A stretch of DNA of 64,000 nucleotides from Candidatus Ghiorseimicrobium undicola (GCA_002796125.1 PCWA01000109.1:1347-65346), one strand, 5' to 3'. Positions 30,277 through 40,479 are shown, counted from the stretch's first letter. Notes: generated from the letters alone by a model not told the origin. Made by a program: numbers and translations.

Positions 30277-31559
30277 GTAGCGGACACAATTGACTGATAA
30301 GTAATTTTCAGTAATTTTTTAAGCGTATTCATGGAAATATTTAGCGCCGGCATAAGCACAATTACATTACCTAACGGCCTTAGTATTGCCCCCCGTTTTC
30401 TTGCTTCGTTTACAACCTTTAGGCCTATTCTTTCTTCCCAATGATAAGGCGTACCGGCTTTTTTATTCTTTATTAATTCAATACCCACCATAAAACCCAA
30501 TTGCCGCACCTCTTTTACGTTCTTAAGTCCTTGAAAAACCTTAAGTTGAATTTTTAGATAGTTAATTTTTGGCTTGAGCTTCTGTAAAGTTTTCTCTTTT
30601 TTGAATATCTTAAGATTTGCCAAAGCGGCACTGCAAGCCAAAGGATTGGCAGTATAACTATGCCCATGAAAAAATGTCTTTTTATGGCCGTAATATCCTA
30701 AAAAAGCCCTGTATATCTTATCGCTGGTAATGGTTGCGGCTAAAGGCAAGTAGCCCCCCGTAATGCCTTTACCTAAGCACATCACATCCGGCCTAACCTT
30801 CTCATGCTCACAAGCAAACATTTTTCCGGTCCTGCCGAATCCAGTAGCCACTTCATCAGCTATAAACAATATATCATAACGGCTGCAAAGCAGTCTTGCC
30901 TTTTTTAAAAAACCGCTAGGACAAAGCAGCATCCCGCCTGCCCCTTGTATCAATGGTTCAATAATCAAAGCGGCGATTTTTTTATGATGCCTTTTTAAGA
31001 GGGTTTCCAATTTTTTTTCACAAAAACCAGCCATGTAAGAGCCAAACAATAGCGGCTTGTATATATTATGAAACAAATTAATCCCTCCCACGCTCACGGA
31101 ACCTACGGTGTCACCGTGATATGAATTATTAAAATATATAAATTTTGTTTTACCGGCCATACCCTTATGGCGCCAATATTGAAAACACATTTTAAGCGCT
31201 ATCTCAACGCTGGTCGAGCCATTATCAGAATAGAATACCTTATTTAAGCCAGGAGGCACTATGCCGATTAATTGCCTGGCAAGTAAAATAGCTTTCTCAT
31301 GGCTTAAGCCTAAAAAAGTTGAATGCGCGATTTTCCCAAGCTGCTTTTTTACTGCCGAATCTATTTCTTTGTTTCTGTGACCATGCACATTAACCCATAA
31401 AGAAGAAACGCCGTCTATGAACCATCGGCCATGCATATCTTTTAAATACACCCCCCTGCCTTCCTTGACAATCAAAGGATCTTCCCTCAACCAATCGCGC
31501 ATCTGGGTAAATGGGTGCCAAACATATTTTTTATCCAGTTGAGTTAAATTTTTACGCAT
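30261..31559 (-). CDS. bioA: Adenosylmethionine-8-amino-7-oxononanoate aminotransferase
   Basis: 432 aa class-III aminotransferase at the end of the bio operon. The last 4 codons and the stop (GNVK*) are supplied by the IS right end. Confidence 0.85.
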   Translation of the reverse strand: MRKNLTQLDKKYVWHPFTQMRDWLREDPLIVKEGRGVYLKDMHGRWFIDGVSSLWVNVHGHRNKEIDSAVKKQLGKIAHSTFLGLSHEKAILLARQLIGIVPPGLNKVFYSDNGSTSVEIALKMCFQYWRHKGMAGKTKFIYFNNSYHGDTVGSVSVGGINLFHNIYKPLLFGSYMAGFCEKKLETLLKRHHKKIAALIIEPLIQGAGGMLLCPSGFLKKARLLCSRYDILFIADEVATGFGRTGKMFACEHEKVRPDVMCLGKGITGGYLPLAATITSDKIYRAFLGYYGHKKTFFHGHSYTANPLACSAALANLKIFKKEKTLQKLKPKINYLKIQLKVFQGLKNVKEVRQLGFMVGIELIKNKKAGTPYHWEERIGLKVVNEARKRGAILRPLGNVIVLMPALNISMNTLKKLLKITYQSIVSATGNVK

Positions 31560-32202
31560 TTATAATCCCATCCAGCATGATCTTTATGTTTCTAAAATTA
31601 TTATGGGGAACTACTCCCAGCACGGGAATATTAGAAATACTTTTGATTATCCCGGGATTCGTGCTTTCGACAACGCCGGGCCTCGGGCCCCGGGTGTTAA
31701 ATATTAACCCCGCTATTTTGAGCCCCTTATTCTTTGCATGCTCAATGGTAAGCAGAGTATGGTTTATGGCCCCTAAGCCAACATCTGCAACAATAACTAG
31801 AGGCAGGCCCAAATCAGCCGCCAGATCAGAAATAAAATAATCTTTTGTTAACGGAACTAAAAGTCCGCCCGCTCCCTCAACCAGCATGAATTGGTGAAGA
31901 TTAGACAACTTCTCAAAACTATCAAGTACGATTTTTTTCCTAAACTTTATTCCTTCTTTCTTGAATGCCAAAAGGGGAGCGTAGGAATGCTTTAAAAAAA
32001 ATGGATTAACCAACACCTTCCCGTCTTTAACGCAGGAAGCGCGCATCAATATTTCTGCGTCATTCCCCGCGCATTGCACAGGTTTCATCACTCCGCAATC
32101 AATGCCGCGTTTCTTAAGCAGCTTTATTAAAATACAGCTTACGGTAGTCTTTCCTATATCTGTACCGACTGCCGTAATAAAGATTCCTTTTGCCATAATC
32201 AT
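31552..32202 (-). CDS. bioD: Dethiobiotin synthetase
   Basis: 216 aa; FITAVGTDIGKTTVS P-loop. Confidence 0.85.
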   Translation of the reverse strand: MIMAKGIFITAVGTDIGKTTVSCILIKLLKKRGIDCGVMKPVQCAGNDAEILMRASCVKDGKVLVNPFFLKHSYAPLLAFKKEGIKFRKKIVLDSFEKLSNLHQFMLVEGAGGLLVPLTKDYFISDLAADLGLPLVIVADVGLGAINHTLLTIEHAKNKGLKIAGLIFNTRGPRPGVVESTNPGIIKSISNIPVLGVVPHNNFRNIKIMLDGIINA

Positions 32203-32978
32203 CTATCGGGTTTTACCGCTCTAACGAATATTTTTTCAAAAGAGGCGCTTATTTTATCGCCTGTTTTAAATTTTTCCATATAGAGCTTACCTGCCAATTT
32301 CAATAATCCCCTTGCCTCAAGAGCAGAAAATTTTAAACCTGCCTTATTTACTCCTAAAATCTTGAGCCAACGCAAGAGCTCGAAAATATCGTAAAATTGC
32401 TCATTTTCTACGCTGGCCGCCGTATCTATAGCGCCAAATCCTGCTCTCTCTAATTTATTACGGATTTCCTCCTCGGAGGGAAGTGTTTTTATAAATGCGG
32501 TGTTTTTTACTTTACTAATGCATTCACGGAGCTGCCAAAGGGTCGTTTTGCCAAAAAGAGAAATACAGAATAAACCGTTGGGCTTTAGAATTCGCATAGC
32601 TTCACTGAAAGCGCCATCCAGGTCAACTATCCATTGATATGCAAGGTTTGAGACTATCAAATCAAAAGCGCTTCCAGTAAAAGGAAAATGCTGCCCATCA
32701 GCCTGCACCAATAATTTCACGCCATTCGTTTTTGCTTCTTTCAGCATGCCTAAGGCAAAATCCAAGCCTATAATTCTTGATCCCGGAAAATTACGCGATA
32801 TCTCATTTATCATGCCGGCTGTGCCTGTCCCTACATCTAAGGCCATGCCGAAGCTGGCGCCTTTAAAAAATTGGCTATCGATAAACTCCCGGCATATACG
32901 CTGCTGTATAAAAGCATTCTTGTCGTAATCCGCGGCGGCTTTGGAAAATACCCTGCGTATTCCGTTATCAGCTCGCAT
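32199..32978 (-). CDS. bioC: Malonyl-ACP O-methyltransferase BioC (SAM-dependent methyltransferase)
   Basis: 259 aa; LDVGTGTAG SAM motif; operon context. Confidence 0.75.
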   Translation of the reverse strand: MRADNGIRRVFSKAAADYDKNAFIQQRICREFIDSQFFKGASFGMALDVGTGTAGMINEISRNFPGSRIIGLDFALGMLKEAKTNGVKLLVQADGQHFPFTGSAFDLIVSNLAYQWIVDLDGAFSEAMRILKPNGLFCISLFGKTTLWQLRECISKVKNTAFIKTLPSEEEIRNKLERAGFGAIDTAASVENEQFYDIFELLRWLKILGVNKAGLKFSALEARGLLKLAGKLYMEKFKTGDKISASFEKIFVRAVKPDR

Positions 32979-33116
32979 AATTATTTTAATGAGTTCCCGA
33001 TGATTCGCTTTTGCAAAGCAAAACGAGTCAGTGAGAACGGATTAACCCCGCGGAATATTGAAAAATTCTCTTCGATAATTTTTCAATGTTTATGCTGCGG
33101 AGCTTGCGTAGAAAAA

Positions 33117-33800
33117 TTATTCTTCGCTGTCAGATAAATTATTTATGAAATTATGGATAGCCGCGTTAAATGCCTCAGAATTAGTCAAAAAGGGTAAATG
33201 CCCGGCATCCATCTCTTCGATTACCGCATGAGGTATGTGCTCCCTCAGCATGCGCGCCTCTTTAGATAGACATATAATATCTTCTTTACCCGAAATTAAG
33301 AGAACCGGCGCAGTGAATCCATCGAAACATCCGGAAAGGTCTATATCCTTAAGGAAAAAAAGGTATTTCAATAATTCCTCGTTATCATCTTGCCGATTCT
33401 TTTTTAAAAAATCGCATTGCCGGAAAAATTCCGCGGATATTTTTTCTTTCGGGCTAAATATCCAGCCGTCAAAACTGCTCAATAGGGCATCCGGATCTTT
33501 CTTAAAACTTTGTATGATACGCCGTACTAACGGTTTTTGAAAACATAAAGCGGGAGCTACTCCGATTAAGGCAGATGGCATTTGCTTTTTCGCCGATAAA
33601 TAATCAACCAGCTTAAACCATCCTAAAGACCAGGCAATAAATACAGTCCTGCTAATATCTATGCTATCAAGGCAATCTTTAAGCTTTTCTAAATCACATA
33701 ATAAAACATTAGTGCCGCACTTAAAAAAATATTCTTTTTGCCTTTGCCAGATCCCCGCTTTAAAACTCCATCCGGGTAAAAAAATGATATTTTTAAACAC
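33117..33800 (-). CDS. Alpha/beta hydrolase, probable pimeloyl-ACP methyl ester esterase (BioH/BioG-like)
   Basis: 227 aa; AWSLG nucleophile elbow; sits between bioF and bioC. Confidence 0.6.
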   Translation of the reverse strand: MFKNIIFLPGWSFKAGIWQRQKEYFFKCGTNVLLCDLEKLKDCLDSIDISRTVFIAWSLGWFKLVDYLSAKKQMPSALIGVAPALCFQKPLVRRIIQSFKKDPDALLSSFDGWIFSPKEKISAEFFRQCDFLKKNRQDDNEELLKYLFFLKDIDLSGCFDGFTAPVLLISGKEDIICLSKEARMLREHIPHAVIEEMDAGHLPFLTNSEAFNAAIHNFINNLSDSEE

Positions 33801-35061
33801 TGGTAATTATGCCAAATTTTTTAGCTGTGGTTAGAATTTTATCCAGACAAAATTTTAAATCACGCTTTGTATGCGCAGCAGTCAATGTAATACGCAGCCG
33901 GGAGGTCCCCTCCGGGACAGTCGGCGGACGTATCGCCTGCACAAAAATCCCCTGTTCAAATAAACGCTCGCTAAACTCCAGCGCTTTTTTCGCATCACCT
34001 ACCAACAAAGGAATAATCGGAGTCAGATCGTCGCTTATTTTAACGCCCCGGGATCTTAAAGACTGTCTAAAAAAAACTATATTATCCCGCAGTTGATTTA
34101 GAGAATAAGCATCGTTTTCGACGATATCTAAAGCGGCCAGAGATGCGGCACATAAGGATACCGGGAGCGCTGTTGTATAGATAAAACCCCTTGCTTTATT
34201 CACCAGATAATCAATCAAAGATGAACTGCCGCAAATATAGGCGCCAAAACTACCCAGCGCCTTACTTAAAGTACCCATCTCTATAAGGCGCCTGCTGTCT
34301 ATGACAAAATGCTCAATAGCCCCCCTGCCGCTTTTACCAATAACACCTGTGGCGTGGGCCTCATCAATAAATACATAGGCATCATAACGCTCTGCCAAAT
34401 CCACTATTTTATCTAAAGGCGCCAGGTCTCCATCCATGCTAAATACGCTATCCGTAGCAATAATACGCCTTCTAAAACGCTTAGCGCGTTTTAAAAAACT
34501 CTCCAAGGCCTGCATATCCACATGCGGATAACGCCATAATTTTGCCCTGGATAAAATAACCGCATCAATAATCGAGGCATGATTTAATCTATCGGAGAAA
34601 ACAACGTCATCTCTTCCGGCTAAAGCGGGAATCAAGCTTAAATTGGCAGAATAACCGCTATTAAATACCAATGCTGACTCAAACCCTTTAAACGAGGCTA
34701 TTCTTTTCTCAAGCTCATTATGCAGCATCATGCTGCCGCAAACCAGCCGAGAGGCACCCACCCCCAGGCCGTATTTATTTATTGCCTCAATAGCATGGTT
34801 CTTTAAGCGGGCATCATTGCAAAGGCCTAAATAATTATTTGAGGAGAGATTAATAAAAAATCTGCCATCTATGGTAATTTTTGCTTCCTGAGGGCCTTGC
34901 ACTAACTTTAATTCCCTCAATAAGCTATCATGCTTCAATTTTATTAATTCGTCTTGAAGGAAGTCCATAACTAGTGATCGGTAGTGTCTATAAGCTATGA
35001 TTAGAGAATAATTTTTACGGTTGGGCTCGCCTGGCCGGCTTCGGTTTCTTAGCTGACCCAA
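33793..35061 (-). CDS. bioF: 8-amino-7-oxononanoate synthase
   Basis: 422 aa class-II aminotransferase/AONS; the ORF-track start is probably extended, the true start lying a few codons in. Confidence 0.85.
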   Translation of the reverse strand: MGQLRNRSRPGEPNRKNYSLIIAYRHYRSLVMDFLQDELIKLKHDSLLRELKLVQGPQEAKITIDGRFFINLSSNNYLGLCNDARLKNHAIEAINKYGLGVGASRLVCGSMMLHNELEKRIASFKGFESALVFNSGYSANLSLIPALAGRDDVVFSDRLNHASIIDAVILSRAKLWRYPHVDMQALESFLKRAKRFRRRIIATDSVFSMDGDLAPLDKIVDLAERYDAYVFIDEAHATGVIGKSGRGAIEHFVIDSRRLIEMGTLSKALGSFGAYICGSSSLIDYLVNKARGFIYTTALPVSLCAASLAALDIVENDAYSLNQLRDNIVFFRQSLRSRGVKISDDLTPIIPLLVGDAKKALEFSERLFEQGIFVQAIRPPTVPEGTSRLRITLTAAHTKRDLKFCLDKILTTAKKFGIITSV

Positions 35062-35090
35062 ACCAAAATATGATACGGGCTTGCTCTATC

Positions 35091-36092
35091 CTAACCCCGG
35101 CTGATTACTCTAAGCCCTAGATCTTGAATCATCTGGATATCATCCTGAGGCCTGCTCCCGGGGGTAGTCAAATAATTCCCGATAATAATCGCATCAGCTC
35201 CTGCCATAAAAATAAGAGGCTGGAGATTACGCAGATTAACCTGCCTTCCTCCGCAAATTCTTATCTCCTTGGTAGGAAGTATAAAACGGAATAAGGCAAT
35301 AGTCTTAAGGATGGATAGCGGCCTAAGCGGTAAAAAGTTCATCATCTGAGTATTGGCTATGGGATTTAAAAAATTTAAGGGAAGGCTATCAATATCCAAA
35401 TCCTTAAGCGCAAAGGCAAATTCAATCCTCTGCCTATCCGTCTCTCCAAGGCCTATTATACCTCCGCAGCAAAGTTCTATACCGGCTTTTTTTATAATCT
35501 TTGCAGTTCTTAGCCTATCGGCATAGGTATGAGTAGTGCATATTTTAGAAAAATAACTTTCCGCGCTTTCCAAATTGTGATTGTATCTGTCTAAACCGCA
35601 TTTTTTTAATTTTGAAGCGTCTTTTTCCGATAATATGCCCAAAGAAGCATCAATTTTTAGATTTGGATAGAGCCTCTTGATCTCGCCTATAGCTTCACAA
35701 ATTACTGAAAGCTCATCATTATTTATCCCCCTGCCGCTTGTTACGATGCAGAACCTATTGGTCCCTTGCCTAAAAGTATCACCTGCCCTATTCAACATCT
35801 CATCTTTAGAGATTAAGGGATAAGTAGATATGCTGGTATTGTGGTACCCGGACTGCGCGCAAAAAGCGCAATCCTCAGGGCACATCCCGGAACGCGCGTT
35901 AGTAATGGCGCATAAACTCACAGCATCATGCCTATATTTAGTCCTGATTTTAGAAGAAGCGGATAGAATATCGGTTAAATATTCTTCAGGCAGCGAATAA
36001 AGCTGTTCTGCTTCCTGGAAACTTAAATTTTCGCCTTTTAACACCTTATTTTTTAGCCCGTTTAGCATATTATATATTTTCATATTAAACAA
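35091..36092 (-). CDS. bioB: Biotin synthase
   Basis: 333 aa radical-SAM (CPEDCAFC); the ORF-track start is a TTG, likely true start ATG at 36083 (MKIYNML). Confidence 0.9.
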   Translation of the reverse strand: MFNMKIYNMLNGLKNKVLKGENLSFQEAEQLYSLPEEYLTDILSASSKIRTKYRHDAVSLCAITNARSGMCPEDCAFCAQSGYHNTSISTYPLISKDEMLNRAGDTFRQGTNRFCIVTSGRGINNDELSVICEAIGEIKRLYPNLKIDASLGILSEKDASKLKKCGLDRYNHNLESAESYFSKICTTHTYADRLRTAKIIKKAGIELCCGGIIGLGETDRQRIEFAFALKDLDIDSLPLNFLNPIANTQMMNFLPLRPLSILKTIALFRFILPTKEIRICGGRQVNLRNLQPLIFMAGADAIIIGNYLTTPGSRPQDDIQMIQDLGLRVISRG

Positions 36093-36122
36093 TGTAAACT
36101 TTATTATATATATTAGTTTACA
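36093..36122. promoter_or_regulatory. Putative BirA operator (bioO)
   Basis: TGTAAAC-N16-GTTTACA inverted repeat just 5' of the bioB start; resembles the E. coli bioO half-sites TTGTAAACC/GGTTTACAA. Confidence 0.55.
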
Positions 36123-36140
36123 ATAAGTATAAAAAATATA

Positions 36141-36641
36141 TCACAATCTCAAACCGTTATTTTTTTTGAAATGATTTACCAACCCTCCGTCTGCCAATAA
36201 TGTTTGCAATACCTTGGGGATGGGAAGAATTTTTATTTTTTCTCCTCTAGTCTCATTATTTATTATAGCACGATCAAGATCTATCTCTATATTATCGTTT
36301 TCATCTATTTTATCCGTATCGGCTTCTATAAGATTTAAGCCGATATTAAAAGCATTGCGGTAAAATATGCGGGCAAAGCTCTTGGCCACAACCGCCAAAA
36401 TTCCCGCTTCTTTTATTACCAGCGGTGCCTGTTCCCGCGAAGAGCCCATACCAAAATTTTCTCCTGCGACTATGATAGATTCATTAGGCCTTACTTTTTT
36501 GACAAAACCCGGATCAAGATCTTCAAAAATATATTTAGCAAGCTCTTTCATGTCGGTTATGGAAAATTTATATCTGCCGGAAATAATTAAATCCGTATTT
36601 ATATCATTACCTAATTTTATTGCCTTGCCTTTAAGTTTCAC
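36141..36641 (-). CDS. leuD: 3-isopropylmalate dehydratase small subunit (aconitase-family, short archaeal-type)
   Basis: 166 aa aconitase swivel domain; GTG start. Confidence 0.7.
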   Translation of the reverse strand: MKLKGKAIKLGNDINTDLIISGRYKFSITDMKELAKYIFEDLDPGFVKKVRPNESIIVAGENFGMGSSREQAPLVIKEAGILAVVAKSFARIFYRNAFNIGLNLIEADTDKIDENDNIEIDLDRAIINNETRGEKIKILPIPKVLQTLLADGGLVNHFKKNNGLRL

Positions 36642-36699
36642 CCCCGCTCTTCCTTTCTGTTCTACCCCCGAATCCTTTAGGAAGGGCGGGGTTCATAAT
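36642..36699 (-). promoter_or_regulatory. Structured leader repeat (SD-sequestering hairpin), copy 1 of 2
   Basis: Minus strand CCCCGCCCTTCCTAAAGG...AGAAAGGAAGAGCGGGG-GTG; paralogous to 48403-48485 upstream of rplR. Confidence 0.5.
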
Positions 36700-37749
36700 T
36701 TAGAGATTTTTAAAATCATGCGGATTCTTTACTTTAGCCAATACCGCCTCATAGGAAACTATGCCAGCTTTATATAATTCCTTTAACGACTTATCCATGG
36801 TTCTCATGCCGTGCTGGGCTCCTGTTTGAATCAACGTAGGTATCTGTTCTACCTCCTGCTCGCGTATAAGATTACGGATTCCGGAGGTGCCTACCATTAC
36901 CTCGCAAGCCAATACCCGGCCTTCTCCTGATGCTTTAGGTAAAAGTAATTGTGAAACTACGCCCTGCAGGCAATCCGACAACTGGAGCCGTACCTGCTGC
37001 TGTTGATGAGGAGGGAAAACATCAATGATTCTCTGTATAGTCTGCGGCGCATCAGGCGTATGCAATGTCGCTAGAACCAAATGGCCTGTTTCTGCGGCCG
37101 TAAGAGCCGTAGATATGGTTTCCAAATCACGCATCTCTCCAACTATTATAACGTCCGGATCCTGCCTAAGCGCATGACGCAAGGCTTCGGCAAAAGACCG
37201 CGTATCGGAAAAAACTTCTCTCTGCTTAATAATGCTTTTCTTATTGGAATGGATAAATTCTATCGGATCTTCAATACAGACTATTATGCAAGACCTTTCG
37301 CTATTTATCAGGTTTACAATAGAAGCAAGGGTTGTTGTCTTTCCCACGCCTGTCGGCCCGGTTACCAAGACTAAACCATTGGATTTACGGGCCAGATCCA
37401 ATACTATTTTCGGAAGCCCTAAATCCGCTATATCGGGAATTAATAAAGGTATTCGCCTAAAAGCGGCCTCAACAGAGCCCCGCTGAATATGCACATTCAC
37501 GCGAAATCTATCCAGTCCGGGCAAGGCTAAAGAAAGATCAAGCTCTAAATCTTTTTCAAAGGCCTCTTTTTGTGATTCGGTAAGCATGCTATAAATTAAT
37601 TTTTTAGTATCTTCTTTGTTAAGTTTAGGGTGGTCTATATTAACCAGATGGCCGTCGATACGTAATATCGGAGGCGCATCCACCGTAAGGTGCAGATCCG
37701 AAGCTTTTTTTTCAATAGTCAGCATCAATAATGATCTTAAATCCAGCAT
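36700..37749 (-). CDS. pilT: Type IV pilus twitching-motility ATPase PilT
   Basis: 349 aa; Walker A GPTGVGKTTT, Asp box, His box. Confidence 0.9.
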   Translation of the reverse strand: MLDLRSLLMLTIEKKASDLHLTVDAPPILRIDGHLVNIDHPKLNKEDTKKLIYSMLTESQKEAFEKDLELDLSLALPGLDRFRVNVHIQRGSVEAAFRRIPLLIPDIADLGLPKIVLDLARKSNGLVLVTGPTGVGKTTTLASIVNLINSERSCIIVCIEDPIEFIHSNKKSIIKQREVFSDTRSFAEALRHALRQDPDVIIVGEMRDLETISTALTAAETGHLVLATLHTPDAPQTIQRIIDVFPPHQQQQVRLQLSDCLQGVVSQLLLPKASGEGRVLACEVMVGTSGIRNLIREQEVEQIPTLIQTGAQHGMRTMDKSLKELYKAGIVSYEAVLAKVKNPHDFKNL

Positions 37750-37987
37750 TTCAGCTCCTTAATGAGCATATCCGCCTATGGCGAGATATGCGCGAATTTT
37801 CGCCGTAGGCGAATCAGCCTTCGGCTGAAATCCCGAAACCTACCCACAAGGGTAGGCCATCCTGATACCTTTAAAGGATGGGCCCAAGCAGTAAATTTAG
37901 AATAAATTTACAAGTGTTTGGACAAGGGATACAGTTTTCAAATTGCTAAACACATCCGCCGTAGGCGGATAAGCGTGAATTAAACCG
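37750..37987. repeat. Structured intergenic repeat family, long copy (copy 1), abutting the pilT start codon
   Basis: Contains ttaatgagc (37759), gcgaatt, cagtaaatttagaataaatttacaag, and a 3' module gggatacag...catccgccgtaggcgg...gcgtgaatt closely matching copy 5 (56768-56930). Confidence 0.75.
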
Positions 37988-39250
37988 CTATTTTTCCAAA
38001 TAGATACCAGGGTCAGTAATCTTGCCGTTAATAGCAGATGCGCAAACCGTAGCCGGAGATGCAAGATAAATCTCCGCATCAGGATTGCCCATTCTGCCTT
38101 TAAAATTCCTGTTGGCCGTTGATATAACCGTTTCATTATCTGACGGCACCCCCATATGCGTTCCCACGCAAGGCCCGCAACCGGGGCTAATCACCGCGGC
38201 ATTCGCATTAATAAAAATTTTGATTAAGCCTAGTTTTAAAGCTTTCAGATAAATCTCTTTTGACGCTGGAGCCACTATAAACTTAACATCCGGGTTAATT
38301 TTATTGTCCTTTAATATTTTAGCACCAATTTTTAAATCTGCAAGCCTGCCGTTAGTACAAGTTCCTAAAAAAGCTTCGTCTATGTGCGTACCTGCGACAT
38401 CAGCGACCGGAAAAACATTATCTACGGTATGCGGCTTAGCCACCTGCGGAGTCATGCCGGAAACATCATATCTTTTAACGAAAGAATACCGCGCGCCTGC
38501 GTCTGCTTTGTATATAACCGGATTACGCCCGCTGTTCTTTAATTTCAGCCAATCCAGCACTTTCTTATCCACGGGGAAGAAAGCGCATTTTGCGCCCATT
38601 TCTACAACCATATTGCTCATAGTAAAGCGCCCGTCAAGATCAAGGCTGTCAATCGCCTCTCCGTAAAATTCCACAGCTTTGTAAGTGGCGCCATTAGCAG
38701 TTAAATCGCCTATAATATAAAGTATAATATCTTTAGCAAAAACAGATTTAGGCAATTTGCCGCTTAGTTCTATTTTTATCGTCTCAGGCACGCGAAACCA
38801 ATTTTTCCCGCTGGCTAAAGCTATGGCCAAATCAGTAGAACCCACTCCGGTAGAAGCAACTCCTATAGCACCATAGGTACACGTGTGCGAATCTGCTCCT
38901 AAAACCAAATCCCCTGGCAGTATCTTCCCGGAGAAAGGAATAACTTCATGGCAAACTCCGCAGCCGATATCATAAAGATTTAAGCCGAATTCATTAGCAA
39001 AATCGCGCATTTTTTTATGCACCTTGGAGACCCCCATATTCGGGCTTGGCGAACTATGGTCAATAACCATAGAAAATTTATCCTTATTTGCCAGCCGCTT
39101 CACCCCCAACTCCCTTATCCGGTCAATTATAATACTACTTGTGCCATCCTGGCCAAAGCAATAATCAACATTACATACGGCAAAATCGCCTGCTTTTAAA
39201 TCCTGGCCGGAATGCGCGCTTAATATTTTTTCAATAATTGTTTTATTCAT
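37988..39250 (-). CDS. leuC: 3-isopropylmalate dehydratase large subunit (aconitase-family)
   Basis: 420 aa aconitase catalytic domain with Cys ligands (GCGVCHE, GCGPCVG pattern). Confidence 0.75.
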   Translation of the reverse strand: MNKTIIEKILSAHSGQDLKAGDFAVCNVDYCFGQDGTSSIIIDRIRELGVKRLANKDKFSMVIDHSSPSPNMGVSKVHKKMRDFANEFGLNLYDIGCGVCHEVIPFSGKILPGDLVLGADSHTCTYGAIGVASTGVGSTDLAIALASGKNWFRVPETIKIELSGKLPKSVFAKDIILYIIGDLTANGATYKAVEFYGEAIDSLDLDGRFTMSNMVVEMGAKCAFFPVDKKVLDWLKLKNSGRNPVIYKADAGARYSFVKRYDVSGMTPQVAKPHTVDNVFPVADVAGTHIDEAFLGTCTNGRLADLKIGAKILKDNKINPDVKFIVAPASKEIYLKALKLGLIKIFINANAAVISPGCGPCVGTHMGVPSDNETVISTANRNFKGRMGNPDAEIYLASPATVCASAINGKITDPGIYLEK

Positions 39251-39291
39251 AATTTAAATCTCGTTACAGTTTTATCAGTTGCTTAACCAGG

Positions 39292-40479
39292 CTAAATCAA
39301 CAGATCCAAAAATTCCCTAAGCCGTTTTATTCCTTTTTCAATCTGCTCTTTACTTGTGGCAAAACTAAAGCGCACATACCCATCGTCTCCAAAAGCACTG
39401 CCGGGAATAGAGGCGACATGCTTTTCTGTTAAGAACCTGCTGGAAAAATCAAATGAATTCAGGCCGGTTTTTGATATATCGCAAAATACATAGAATGCCC
39501 CCTGCGGCTTTATATATTCCATACCTGCCTCATCAAGCAAAACAAGCATATAATCACGCCTGGATTCAAATTCTTTACGCATCACATCAACAACAGAGCT
39601 GTCCAAAGAAAGAGCCGCAAGCGCTGCTTTCTGTGAAATAGAACAAGGGTTTGAAGTTGAATGGTCCTGAATTTTAGAGATTGCCTCCACCGCCGTTTTA
39701 TCCCCTGCCATATATCCGATGCGCCAGCCGGTCATAGAATAAGCCTTAGATACGCCATTTACAACAAATGTTCTTTTATAAATATCGTCGTTTATGCTTG
39801 CGATAGATATATGCCTGCCATTTTCATAAATCAATTTTTCATATATCTCATCGCTTATAACAAATAGCTTATTCTTGATGCACACCTCCGCTATATCTTC
39901 CAATTCATTTCTGGCGTAAGTATAACCTACGGGATTAGACGGAGAATTTAAAATGAGGGCTTTTGTCTTTTTAGTAATGCTCTTTTTCAAAGAATCTCCG
40001 TCCAACTTAAAAGAACAGGACTTATTTGTCTTGACGATAGCCGGAACGCCGCCGCAGAATTTAACCATCTCCACGTAACTTACCCAATAGGGAGACGGGA
40101 CGATAACTTCATCGCCCTCTGCGATCAAAGCCTGCATAAGATTAAAAAGAGAATGTTTTGCGCCGTTGGAAACTACTATTTGATCAATATCGTAATTTAG
40201 ATTATTATCCAGGCGGAATTTTTTCTGGATTGCGCTCTTAAGCTCAAAAATCCCGGAAGAAGGGGTATATTTTGTAAAACCGCTTTTTATCGCATCTATA
40301 GCCGCCTGCTTGATTTGATCCGGGGTGTCAAAATCAGGCTCGCCGGCAGCAAAGCTTACCACATCGATATGTTCCTGACGCATTTTTTTTGCGCGGGCTG
40401 TAATAGAAAGAGTAGAGGAAGGATTTATTTGCTGACTTCTCTTGGAAAGATATGCCATATTATGCTGTGAGCAAAACAA
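39292..40479 (-). CDS. aspC: Aspartate/aromatic aminotransferase (class I)
   Basis: 395 aa; PLP-lysine motif SKAYSMTGWRIGY; true start possibly MAYLSK at 40458. Confidence 0.8.
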   Translation of the reverse strand: MFCSQHNMAYLSKRSQQINPSSTLSITARAKKMRQEHIDVVSFAAGEPDFDTPDQIKQAAIDAIKSGFTKYTPSSGIFELKSAIQKKFRLDNNLNYDIDQIVVSNGAKHSLFNLMQALIAEGDEVIVPSPYWVSYVEMVKFCGGVPAIVKTNKSCSFKLDGDSLKKSITKKTKALILNSPSNPVGYTYARNELEDIAEVCIKNKLFVISDEIYEKLIYENGRHISIASINDDIYKRTFVVNGVSKAYSMTGWRIGYMAGDKTAVEAISKIQDHSTSNPCSISQKAALAALSLDSSVVDVMRKEFESRRDYMLVLLDEAGMEYIKPQGAFYVFCDISKTGLNSFDFSSRFLTEKHVASIPGSAFGDDGYVRFSFATSKEQIEKGIKRLREFLDLLI

